From: the human T2T-CHM13v2.0 reference genome, Homo sapiens
Length of the DNA: 64,000 nt
Assembly (NCBI RefSeq): GCF_009914755.1
Contig: NC_060930.1
Strand: one strand, 5' to 3'
Both the position numbers and the translations under genes were made by a program. A model generated the notes under the pieces. It worked only from the letters and a program-made list of their open reading frames with translations, was not told the origin of the DNA and ran no database searches. Positions 28,144 to 40,484 of the stretch are shown here, in pieces. The stretch's first letter is position 1. Each line of letters begins with the position of its first letter.

Positions 28144-30491
28144 TATGTCAGTCCATTCTCATGCTGCTATAAAGAACTGCCTGAGACTGAGTAATTTATA
28201 AAAGAAAAAGTTTTAATTGACTCACAGTTCTGCATGGCTGGGGATGCCTCAGGAAACTTATAATTATGGTAGAAGGGGAAGAAAACAGGCCCTTCTTCAC
28301 AGGAGATACAAGTGCTGAGTGAAGGGAGAAAAACCCCTTATAAAATCATCAGATCTCATGATAAGTCACTCACTATCACTCACAAACACAAGAATAGCAT
28401 GAGGGTAACTACCCCCAAGATTCAATTACCTTCCACTGGGTCCCTCGCATGACCATGGGAATATGGGAACTACAATTCAAGATGAGATTTGGGTGGGGAC
28501 ACAAAGTCAAACCATATCATTCTGCCTCTGGTCCTCCCAAATCTCATGTCCTCACATTTCAAAACATAATCATGACCTTCCAACAGTTCCCCAAAGTCTT
28601 AACTTATTCCAGCATTAACTGAAAAGTTGAAGTCCGAAGTCTCATCTGAGACATGGCAAGACCCTTCTGCCTATGGGCCTGTAAAATCAAAATCAAGTTA
28701 GGTACTTCCTAGATACAATGCGGGTACAGGCATTGGGTAAATATACCCATTCCAAATTGAAGATATTGGCCAAAACAAAGGGGCTACAGGCCCAATGCAA
28801 GTCTGGAATGCAATAGGGCAGTCATTAAACCTTAAACTTTTAAAATGATCTCCATTGACTTCATGTCTCACATGCAGGACATGCTGATGTAAGAGGTGGG
28901 CTCCCACAGCCTTGGGCAGCTCTGCCCCTGTGGCTTTGCAGGGTACACCTCCCCTCCTGGCTGCTTTCATGGCCGGTGTTGAGTGTCTGCAGCTTTTCCA
29001 GATGCACAGTGCATCTGTTGGTGGATCTACCATTCTGAGGTCTGGAGGAGAGTGGCCCTCTTCTCACAGCTCCAACAGGCAGTGCCCCAGTGGGGACTCT
29101 GTGTGGGGACTTCAACCCTGCATTTCCTTTCTGCAGTACCCTAGCAGAGGTTCTCCATGAAGGCTCCACCCCTCCAGCAAACTTCTGCCTAGACATCCAG
29201 GCATTTCCATACATCCTCTGAAATCTAGGCACAGGATCCCAAGCCTCAATTCTTGACTTCTGTGCACCCACAGGCCAAACACCATGTGTAAGCCACCAAG
29301 GCTTGGGGCGCGCACCCTCTGAAGCAATGGCTCAAGCTGTACCTTGGCCCCTTTTAGCCATAGCTGGAGCCAAAGCAGCTGTGACACAGGGTACCATGTC
29401 CTGACGCTGCACAGAGCAGGGGGGCCCTGGGCCCAACCCACAAAACCATTTTTTCCTCCTATGCCTCTGGGGGCCTGTGATGGGAGAGGCTGCTTTGAAG
29501 GTCTCTGACATGCTCTGGAGACATTTTTCCCATTGTCTTGGTGATTAACATTCAGCTCCTTGTTACTTGTGCAAATTTCTGCAATAGGCTTGACTTTTCC
29601 CCCAGAAAACTGGTTTTTCTTTTTTATTGCATTGTCAGGCTGCAAATTTTCCAAACTTTTCTGCTCTGCTTCTTCTTGAATGCTTTGCCACTTAGAAATT
29701 TCTTCTGTCAGATGCCCCAAATCATCTCTCTCAAGTTCAAATTTCCACAGATATCTAGGGCAAGGGCAAAAAGATGCCAGACTCTTTGCTGAATAACAAG
29801 AAGGGACACCTTTGCTTTAGTTCCCAACAAGTTCCTCATCTCCATCTGAGACTGCCTTAGCTTGGGATTTTTTGTCCTTATCACTATTGGCATTTTGGTC
29901 ATAGCTATTCAACAAGTCTCTATGAAGTTCCAAACTTTCCCATGTCTTCCTGTCTTCTGAGCCCTGCAAATCTTTAGGAAGTTCCAAGCTTTCCCACATT
30001 TTCCTGTCTTCTTGTGAGCCCTCCAAACTGTTGCAACCTCTTCCTATTACCCAGTTCCAAAGTTGCTTCCATATTTTCGGGTATCTTTATAGCAACACCC
30101 CACTACCTGGTACCAATTTATTGTACTAGTTCATCCTCACACTGCTATAAAGAACTGCCCAAGAATGGGTAATTCATAAAGGAAAGAGATTTAATTGTCT
30201 CACAGTTCTGCATGGCTGGGGAAGTCTCAGGAAACTTACAATCATGGCGGCAGAAGGAGAAGCAAACATGTCCTTCAGGAGGCACAAGTGCTGAATGAAG
30301 TGGAGGTGGGGAAAGCCACTTATAAAACCATCAGATCTCATGAGAACTTACTGACTATCACAAGAACAGCATGAGGGTAACCTCCACCATGATTCAATTA
30401 CCTCCCACTGGATCCTTCCCATGACATGTGGGGATTATGGGAACTAAAATTCAAGATGAGATTCGGGTGTGGACACAGCCAAACCATATCA
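28144..30491 (-). mobile_element. Complete THE1C-like MaLR provirus: 5' LTR 30122-30491, internal 28520-30121, 3' LTR 28144-28519
   Basis: Two direct ~370-bp LTRs each ending aaaccatatca on the + strand, flanking ~1.6 kb of THE1-int. TSD actaa (28139-28143)/gctaa (30492-30496). Confidence 0.93.
28698..30026 (-). pseudogene. Fragmented MaLR internal ORF (THE1-int)
   Basis: Peptides WESLELPKDL...DGDEELVGN, EEISKWQSIQE...LENLQPD and PCKATGAELPKAVGAHLLHQ are typical THE1/MST internal ORF sequence. The reading frame shifts several times. Confidence 0.8.
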
Positions 30492-32689
30492 GCTAATAAA
30501 TATGACAATTGGAAATATCCATATGGGTTACAGGATAACTCTGTTGATTTAGTCAGAACACCCTCAAGCCTCAAGCGAATGTGGTATTCTTGAATGACAG
30601 CAGTAAAAGTTATGAGGGATATCAGGTTTTTATTTTCAGTGAAGAAATACATTTGCATGCAAGTGTATGTGTAAAACTAAAATGTTCTGGCGTAAAGCAA
30701 ATATCCAAGGGGCAAACTATGGGGAGGTTAATTTATTAAAAGTTATGGATGAGTTCTCAGGGCTCTCTTATAGCTCAACCATGTGTGAGAGCCATGAAAC
30801 AAAAAGGTCTTAACAAATGTGGAAATTACAGAGTTTGTTCTGCTCAGCCCACAAGATAGACATCCAGCACCCTTAAATAACCCTGAGACAAGAAGGTGGT
30901 TTCTGGGAAGCCTATGTCTTCTGGTACTGCAGAGCACTGTGGGGCTGACCTTCATGTTTGAATATTAAATTAATAAAGGCAGAATCTACACAATACCAAT
31001 GGTATTAGTCATGTCTGCTGGGGCATCCAATACCAGATGTCACTTTTCTGATCTTTTAGGATCAGCCTTCACTGTTTTTGGCACATCAGAGTTCACATCT
31101 GAGTACAATTTAAGTTGTAACAATGCAATCATCAGCATGCCTAACTATTTTTTTGCCTTCCTCTCCCGCTATTTTTGGGAGCTGAAGCTATGAAGTTCCT
31201 CTGCCTATTCATCTGGGAAGTTAGAGATGATTTTTCTAGGTTCCCTTCCCCCATTTCTTTTAAGGGAATCAGAGAACCTGTTCTCTGCTGCCTTACAAAC
31301 ATTCATTTTAAGATTTACAGCAACCTTGCAATTAATCATTCTCCAGTGGAATATAATAATTTATGCTGGGTGAATAGAAGAGTTCTGACCCCACTCATTT
31401 TCCCACCTGTGCACCTCTTGGGAGAGAGGCACTAGTCAAAAACATGAATGTGTGTGCTGATGAACTGTTTATTCTTACTTTCAAGGTTGACTTAAAGTAT
31501 GATAGTTGGGAATTCACCCATCTGCTTTACCTCTTAAATTGAGCCTAATTTGCAAGTAGAAAAGGAGGATAAATGCAGCTCTACCTCATAGTTTCTAATT
31601 ATTAAACAATAACACTGAAAACTGTTATCAAGACCAGGAGTCATCAAAGTTTGTTCTGTGGACTGTGCTCTAAAAGACTTTTAGGTAATTCTCATATTTA
31701 ATCAGTTCTAACGTGCTTTTTTTTTTTTCCTTTTCTTGGTATAGTATGGTGTATGTAACAGTTGTTTGAACTGTGTCTTTTATTTTGGATTTTGAGCTTT
31801 TTCAGAATGGGCATGTTTTTGGATCAACATTTAGTACTGTGCTGGGCACCCATGATGACCAAAATGATACCTTTGTTGCATTACAATGACGTGATTTTTA
31901 TGTGCTTTTGTCACTCCTAAAACCTTGGTTCAAAAGTCATTTATTGCCAAGCTCCAGATCCAACTCAGAAGTTCCTGTTTTCTCCATAAGTGTGCATCTT
32001 AGAAGTTCCAGCTCTAAGATACAAGGTTCACTCTTTCTGTCTCCAGGTGATACTGGACAAAGATTCTGAGACGCTCCCTAAGAAACTATCAAAGAGGAGT
32101 ATGAGCAAGGGTCCATCAGGCAGCACTCTTTCCCTTTAGCTCCTTTTCAATCTGGTGAGCTTTGCTTTTTTATATGCTTTACACATTGGCTTTCTTTTCA
32201 GATTTTAGCTAAAGAAAATGGGCTCTTCTACTAATATAAACAATATACATTTTTTATTAGCCAAAAGGAAAAGAAAATAGGCTTACATGATTTTCAGCCT
32301 CCACAGAAATGTCATAGATGGATCTTTCTAAGCAATTCGTGGTAAGAGATGTAACTATGAAAATGTTAAGATGTTTGCCTTCCCTTTGTTACCTAATTGT
32401 CCTTTTGAGCTCCCTGACACCCTCAATTTTTTCCACACTATCACTGGCAAAGTTCCTCAGTACCACTGTTCCTCTCTGGGTTTTTCATCATTCTTCTCTT
32501 GGAAATCATGCCAACCTATAGTTATTATACACTAGAGCTTCCTTTTCATCTGTAGGGGTCTGTATACACAGTTCTGTTCCAGTTGCTCTTCTCATCTGAC
32601 CTACCTTTCAACTCAAGCCAACTTTTCCTCATTGACTGAATCCAATAGAAGCCAATGGACAGGGAAACATAGCAGGATAGAAAAAGTGG

Positions 32690-35600
32690 ATAATGCAAGA
32701 CCTGAACTTAGCTCTGGATCAAGTGGACCTGATTGTTATCTACAGAACTGTCCACCCCAAATCAACAAAATACACATTCTCCTCATCACCATATGACATT
32801 TACTCTAAAACTGATCACATAATTGAAAGTAAAACACTCCTCCATAAATGCAAAGGTACTGAAATTATAACAGTCTCTCAGACCACAGCACAATCAAATT
32901 TTAACTCAAGATTAAGAAACTCACTCAAAACCACACAACTACATGGAAATTGAACAACCTGTTCCTGAAAGACTCCTGGTTAAATTATGAAATTAAGGCA
33001 GAAATCAAAAAGTTCTTTGAAACTAATAAGAACAAAGAGAAAACATACCAGAATCTCTGGGACACAGCTAAAGCAGTGTTAAGAGGAAAATTTATAGCAC
33101 TAAATGCCCATATCACAAAGCTAGAAAGATCTCAAATTGACAACCTAAAATCACAACTAAAAGAACTAGAGAACCAAGAGTAAATAAACCCCAAAGTTAG
33201 CAGAAGACAAGAAATAACCAAGATCAGAGCAGAAGTGAAGGAGATAGACACAAAAATACCTTCAAAAATCAACTAATCCAGGAGTTTGTTTTTTGAAAAA
33301 ATTAATAAAATAGACAGACTACTAGCTAGACTAATAAAGAATAAAAAATAGAAGAATCAAATAGACACAATCAGAAATGATAAGGGGGATAATACCGCTG
33401 ATCCAATAGAAATACAAAAATCCATAAAAGAATACTATAAACACCTCTATGCATATAAACTAGAAAATCTAGAAGAAATGGATAAATTCCTGGACATATC
33501 CACCCTCCCAAGACTGAACCAGGAAGAAATTGAATCCCTGAATAAACCAAAAATGAGTTCTAAAACTGAGGCAGTAATGAATAGCCTACCAACCAAAAAA
33601 AGTCCAACCAGATTGAATTATAGCTTATTTCTACCAGAGGTACAAAGAGAAACTGGTGCCTTTTCTACTGAACCTTTTCCAAGCAACTGGAAAGGAGAGA
33701 CTCCTCCCTAACTTATTTTATGAGGCCAGCATCATCCTGATACAAAAACCTTGCAGAGATACAACAACAAAAAAGAAAACTTCAGGCCAGTATCCCTGAT
33801 GAACATCGACACAAAAATCCTCTATAAAATACTGGCAAATCAAATCCAGCACCACATCAAAAAGCTTCCTCCACAATCGAGTTGGCTTTATCCTCAGGAT
33901 GCAAGGTTGGTTGAACATACACAAATCAATAAATGTAATTCATTACATAAATAGAACTAAAGACAGAAACCGCATGATTATTCAATAGACACAGAAAAGG
34001 CCTTCAATAAAATTCAACATCCTTTCATGTTAAAACTTCTCAATAAACTAGGTATTGAAGAAACATACCTCAAAATAATTAGAGGTGTATATGACAAACC
34101 CAGAGCCAATATCATACTGAATGGGCAAAAGATGGAAGCACTTTCCTTGAAAACCAGCACAAGACAAGAATGCCCTCTCTCACCACTCATATTCAACATA
34201 GTATTAAAAGTCTGGCCAGGGCGATCGGGCAAGAAAAAGAAATAAAGGATATTCAAATGGAAAGAGAGGAAGTCAACTAATCTTTGTTTGTGGATGACAT
34301 GATCTTATATCTAGAAAACCCCATTGTCTCAGCCCAAAAGCTTCTTAAGCTGATAAGCAACTTCAGCAGCCTCAGGATACAAAATCAATGTGCAAAAATC
34401 ACTAGGGTTTCTGTATACTGACAACAGGCAAGCAGAGAGCCAAATCATGAATTAACTCTGATTCACAATTGCTACAAACACAATAAAATACCTAGGAATA
34501 CAGCTAACAAGAGAAATGAAGAACCTCTTCAAGGAGAACTACAAATCACTGATTAAAGATATCAGAGAGTACACAAACAAATGGAAAAACATTCCATGTT
34601 CACGGATAGGAAGAATCAACATCATGAAAATGACTATACTGCCCAAATTAATTTATAGATCAATGCTATTCCCATTAGACTATCATTAACATTCTTTACA
34701 GAATTTACAAAGAAAACTATTTTAAATTTCACATAGAACCCAAAAAGAGCCCACATAGCCAAGACAATCCTAAGCAAAAAGAACAAAGCTGGAACCATCA
34801 TGCTCCCTGACTTCAAACTATACTACAAGGCTAATGTAACCAAAACAGCATGGTCCTGGTACAAAAACAGACACAGAGACCAATGGAACAGAATAGAGAA
34901 CTCAAAAATAAGATTACACATCTATAGCCATCTGATCTTCAACAAACCTGACAAAAACAAACAATGGGGAAAGGATTCCCTATTTAATAAATGGTGTTGC
35001 AAGAAAAAATTGCAGAAAAATTGTAACTGAACCCATCCTTACACCTTATACAAAAATTAACTCAAGATGGATTACAGACTTAAATGTAAAACCCAAAACT
35101 ATAAAAATTTTAGAAGAAAATCTAGGCAATACCATTCAGGACATAGACACAAAGATTTCATGACTAAAACGTGGGCAAAAGACATGAACAGACACTTCTC
35201 AAAAGAAGATATTCATGCAGCCAACATACACGAAAAAAACACAACATCACTGATCATTGGAGAAATGCAAATCAAAACCACAGTGAGATACCATCTTATG
35301 CCAGTTGGAATGGCAATTATTAAAAAGTCAAGAAACAACAGATACTGGCAAGGTTACAGAGAAAAAAGAACACTTTACACTTTTGGTGGGAATGTAAATT
35401 AGTTCAACCATTGTGGAAGACAGCATAGTGATTTCTCAAAGATCTGGAAGCAGAAATATGTTGACCCAGCAATCCCATTACTGGGTATATACCCAAAGGA
35501 ATATAAATTATTCTATTATAAAGATATATTCACATATATGTTTACTGCAGCATTATTTACAATAGCAAAGATATGGAATCAACCCAAATGCCCATCAATG

Positions 35601-36005
35601 ATAGATTGGTTAAAGAAAATGTGGTACATATATACCATGCAATACTATGCAGCCATAAAAAGGAAAGAGATCATGTTCTTTGCAGGGACATGGATGGAGT
35701 GTGAAGCTGTTATCCTCAGCAAAGTAATGCAAGAACATAAAACCAAACACCGCATGTTCTCACTTAGAAGTGGGAGCTGAATAATGAGAGCACATAGACA
35801 CATGATGGGGAACAACACACACTGAGGCCTGTTGGGGGTGGAGAGAACATCAGGAAGAATAGCTAATGGATGCTGAACTTGTCACCTAGGTGTTGGATTC
35901 ATCTGTGCAGCAAACCACCACGACATATATTTACCTATGTAACAAACCTGCACATCCAGCACATGTACCCCAGAACTTAAAATAAAGGTTGAAGAAAAAA
36001 AATCA
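32690..36005 (+). mobile_element. 5'-truncated older LINE-1 (L1PA11-14 like) with internal deletion
   Basis: ORF2 remnants from DLNLALDQVDL onward. 3'UTR catcaggaagaatagctaatggatgctg...ctgtgcagcaaaccacc...cttaaaataaaggttgaagaaaaaa. About 220 bp of ORF2 is missing at ~35170 relative to the L1PA4 copy. Confidence 0.92.
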
Positions 36006-36440
36006 TAAAATTCAAATAAAGAAAAGCAAACTGGAACAAAAGTGAAGAATGAATCCGTAGGCACAGATGGAAGCTATTTGAAACACTTCTTTAATATTTC
36101 AGCTCTTCAAATAGCTCCAATGGAATTCTTTTCAGTTAGGATACAGAAGTATATAAAATAGCTTTGCTGACACCAAAACAATAAGTAATCAATAGATTAG
36201 CCCAAAACTATAACTAATGAGGAACTCTGGCTACAAGGAAATCTAAAACTACCAAAGTTTAGTAGAAGCTTTAGAAAGATGGGTGAACAAAGATCAGAGG
36301 ATAGCTGAGTCTGAAAGCAGTTAGAGAAGCAAGATGATCTTTGTTCAAATGAGAAATCAAATCAGCATTTATGACCTATGGGCTGCATACTAAATTTAAA
36401 TCTGGAGAAGCCCCAAATCCAGAAATTACTCTGCCAAGTA

Positions 36441-36700
36441 ACAATCTCTCATATTTGCAGTCTTGCAGACCTAAAGTTGCAAAGTCTTGTGATCTGGCCA
36501 GCTGTAGTCTCATTGTTTCACAGCCCAACAATTTCATACTCTGGAGACTCATTGTTTCATAGTCTTGCATTCTTATGACATGTCATATTTAACATCCAGT
36601 CATCTTTTATCTGTCTACAGGTCTAATAGTCTAGCGGTCTTGCAGTTTTGGGGTCAAGCAGACTCAAGGTCTTACAGATATGAGGTCTGACAGCATTTGG
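36441..36700. repeat. Degenerate 8-bp-period tandem repeat (consensus ~RCAGTCTY)
   Basis: GTCT-like cores fall in exact 8-bp phase at 36613, 36621, 36629, 36637, 36645, 36653, 36661, 36669, 36677 and 36685; similar units occupy 36441-36574. Confidence 0.75.
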
Positions 36701-36719
36701 TCCCAGTGCAGTCCTGGAG

Positions 36720-38335
36720 GGAAAGACATGAAATCACTTTTAAAGTAGCTAATCCTAGAGAAAAATGGAGTATAACCAAATCTCCAACCAAAATTCTATC
36801 TGATTCAATGTCTGGTAACATCAATAACATTTCACCTAGTGGTGGCACCGGAAGCTAGAGATAGAATGAAAAACAGAAAGATAGCACAATAGACTTGTGG
36901 TACTTGAATTCCAAGGCCTTTTTGGAGGAGTTAAAGCCAAACAAACTTGCCCCAAAATAGCTTAATTTATGACTAGATAAAACTGATCAGCCTCTCAACC
37001 TATCTTTCTAATAAAGAATAAGGCATTCCTTATTGAGAGAGTATAATATGATGTGTTAAAAATAACAATATGTGTATATAGTTGCATAATATCTTTTTAA
37101 AAATCTATTATTTTGAATAGATCTATTGTTTTAAATAGTTTTATAATATCTATTGTCCTTTAAGACGTAATATACAACGTTCAATAAAGTATTACAGGAC
37201 ATGTAAAGGAGTTTGAAAATATGACTTGTAGTCAAGAGAAAAATGAATCAATAGAGAGATACACTAAATATTACAGTAATGATAAAGGAATTTAAGATGA
37301 CAATGACAAAGATAATAAAAGATCTACAGAAAAAGATGCATGTAATGATAAAAGAATGGGTAATTAGGGGATGTTAGGGAGCTTTTAGAGAAACAAATAA
37401 CCAACTGGAAAAGCTAGAATAAGAAATATCATAGCCAAAATATAAAACTTACTGGATGGTATTAATAGCAGATTGAATACAACAACAAAAAAAGGATGAC
37501 TTTATTGAAGTAGGTCAATACAAATCATCCAAGCTGAAGTAAAGAGATTACAATAAGAAAAAGAGCATTCAATGACACATTAGACAGTATTCAGGAGAAG
37601 TTCCTGAACAAGAGGAAAGAGAATGGGCCAGAAAAACTGAAGAAGTATTGGCTAAAAATCCTCTACTTTGATAAAAAACACAAACAGATCTAAGATGTTC
37701 AATGAACCAGAAGCAGAATAATTACCAAAGAAAGAACATCTAAGAACAAAATTGTCAGTTTGCTGTAAACTTGATAGAATCCCAAAAACAGTCCGAAAGT
37801 CGTATTACATAAAAGAGAACAATGATAAGAATAACAACAGCCCTTTCATCAGATACAATAGGAGCCAGACAATAGTGAAACACTGTGTTTAAAGAGACAA
37901 AAGGAAAAAATTGTTGATTATATATTCAGTGAAAATATTTTTCAGAAATGAAAGTAAATTAAAGCAATTTCTGAACAATAAATGTTGACAGACTTTGTTG
38001 CCAGCAGACCTAACTATAATATATGCTAGGGAGAGTTCTCAGGTGAAAGGAAATGATACAGAGGAAAATAAGGATCTATGGGAAGCAATAAAACCCACTT
38101 AAAATAATAATATAAGAGTAAATATGAAATTCTTATTTTCTTATTTTTTTAAAGTCAACTAGGTATTTAAGTAAAATAATAATATATTTTGGAGTTCATA
38201 ATACGTGTAGAGATAAATATATGATAAACATATAACAAAGGGAAGGAAAGCACATCAACAAAGTAATAAAGTACTTACATTTAAAAATTGATTTAATTGA
38301 GAATAAGCTGTGATAAAGTAGAAACACATACTGCA
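36720..38335 (+). mobile_element. Ancient L1M 5'/ORF1 region, interrupted by THE1D and resuming at 40391-40430
   Basis: A-rich ORF1-like sequence: tcagatacaataggagccagacaatagtg and gactttgttgccagcagacct...aaaggaaatgataca. The motif acatactg|ataattcctagagcaatcact is split by the THE1D insertion. Confidence 0.7.
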
Positions 38336-40390
38336 TGTATTAGTCTGTTCTCACACTGCTCTAAAGAACTACTTAAGACTGAGTAATTTATAAGAAAAGA
38401 AGTTAATTGTCTCCCAGTTCCACATGACTGGGGAGGCCTCTGGAAACTTACAGTCATGGTGGATGGCAAAGGCAAAGCAAGACACATCTTACATGGTGGC
38501 AGAAGTGAGAGCATGAAGGGGAAGTGCCACACTTTTATACCATCAGAACTTGTGAGAACTTACTCACTATCATGAAAACAGCATGAGGGCAAATGCCCCC
38601 ATGATCCAATCACCTTCCACTAGGTCCCACTCTCAACATATGGGAATTACAATTTGAGATGAGATTTGGGTAAGGACACAGAGCCAAACCATATCATTTC
38701 ACCCCTGGCCCCTCCCAAATCTCATTTCCTTTTCACATTTCAAAACACAATTATGCCTTCCCAACGGTCCCTCAAATTCTTAACTCATTCTAGTATTAAC
38801 CCAAAAGTCCAAGTCCATAGTCTCATCTGAGACAATGGGAGTCCCTTCTGCCTATGAGCCTGTAAAATCAAAAGCAAGTTAGTTACTTCCAACATACAAT
38901 GGGGGTACAGGTGTTTTGTAAATGACCCCATTTCAATTGGGATAAATTGGCCAAAACAAATGACCACAGGTCCCATGAAAGCCTGACATGCAGCAGGGTA
39001 CTCACTAAATCTTAAAGTTCCAAAATTATTTCCTTTGACTCCATATCTCACATTCAGGGCACGTTGATTCAATAGGTGGGCTCCTACAGCCTTGGGCACT
39101 TCTGCCCCTGTGGCTCTGCAGGGTACATCCTTCTCGGTTGCCTTCACAAGCTTTTGTTGAGTGCCTGTTCCTTTTCCAGGTACGTGGTGCAAGCTGTCAG
39201 TGGATCTATCATTCTGGGGTATGGAAAAAGGTGACCATCTTCTCATAGCTCCACTAGGCAGTGCCCCAGTGGGGACTGTGTAGGGGCTTCAACCCCACAT
39301 TGTCCCTCTGCATCCCAGCCACTCAAGCTTCAGCCATGTCTAAAAAATATGCCACGTAGACCATTGCTTCAGAGTGTGCAAGCCCTAAACAATGGTGGTT
39401 TCCACCTAGTGTTGGGCCTTTGGGTGTGGTGTGCAGAAGACAAGAGTTGGGCTTTAGGAGCCTCCACCTAGATTTCAGAGGATATATGGAAATGCCTGGA
39501 TGTACAGGCAGAAGTTTGCTGCAGGGGCAGAGCCCTCATGGAGAACCTCTCCTAGGGCATGCAGAGGTACATTTTAAGAAAAAAAAAAACAAAAACAAAA
39601 AACAAAAACAAAAAAAACCAGTCACATCTTGAAGGTTTTTCTGCTTAGAAATTTATTCTGCCAGATATCCTAGTTCAAAGTTCAAAGTTTGAAGTTCCAC
39701 AGATCTCTAGGGCAGGGGTAAAATGCTGCTAGTCTCTTTGCTAAAGCATAGCAAGAGTGACCTTTACTCCAGTTCCCCATAAGTTCTTCATCTCTGTCTG
39801 AGACCACGTCAGCCTGAACTTCATTGTGCATATCACTAGCAGCATTTTGGTCAAAACCATTCAACGAGTCTCTAGGAAGTTACAAACTTTCCCACATCTG
39901 CCTGTCTTCTGTCTTCTTCTGAGCCTTTTAAACTGTTCCAACCTCTGCTTGTTACCCAGTTCCAAAATCACTTCCACATTTTCAGGCTATCTTCATAGCA
40001 GTACCCCACTGTCCCGGTATCAATTTTCAGTATTAGTCTGTTTACACTGCTAGATAGAACTACCTAAGACTGGGTAATTTATAAAGAAAAGAAGTTTAGT
40101 TGACTCACAGTTCTGCATGGCTGGCGAGGCCTCAGGAAACTTACAATCATGGTGGAAGGCAAAGGAAAATCAACACATGTCTTACATAGGGGTAGGAGAG
40201 AGAGAGAGAGAGCTAAGGGAAGTGCACATTTTTAAACCATTAGATCTTATGAGAACTCATTCACTATGAGAATGGCATGGGGGAAACTGCCTCAGTGATC
40301 CAATTTCCTCCCACCAGGTTCCTCCCTCAATACATGTAGGTCACAATTTGAGATGAGATTTGGGCAGGGACATAGAGCCAAACCATAACA
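38336..40390 (-). mobile_element. THE1D-like MaLR provirus (3' LTR 38336-38696, internal 38697-40028, 5' LTR 40029-40390) with rearranged internal region
   Basis: Two direct LTRs ending gagccaaaccatatca and gagccaaaccataaca; gaagtgccacactttta motif. Degenerate TSD ctgca (38331-38335)/ctata (40391-40395). Confidence 0.9.
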
Positions 40391-40431
40391 CTATAATTCC
40401 TAGAGCAATCACTTGAAAAGACTAAAGAAAT

Positions 40432-40480
40432 TGCTAGAGTTTGAATATGGTTTGTTTGCCTCCATCAGATTTCACGTGTG
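40432..40480 (+). mobile_element. MST-family LTR 5' stub
   Basis: tgctagagtttgaatatggtttgtttgcctccatca resembles an MST LTR start; truncated after ~50 bp. Confidence 0.5.
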
Positions 40481-40484
40481 TTTA

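Noticed and set aside
29112-29720. 202-aa ORF as a domesticated gene
   Set aside because: It begins in the MaLR ORF frame and then drifts into an alternative frame of THE1-int, consistent with neutral decay.
36441-36700. Periodic array as a CRISPR-like repeat-spacer locus
   Set aside because: The units are 8 bp, contiguous and degenerate, with no unique spacers and no cas-like genes, in a eukaryotic context.
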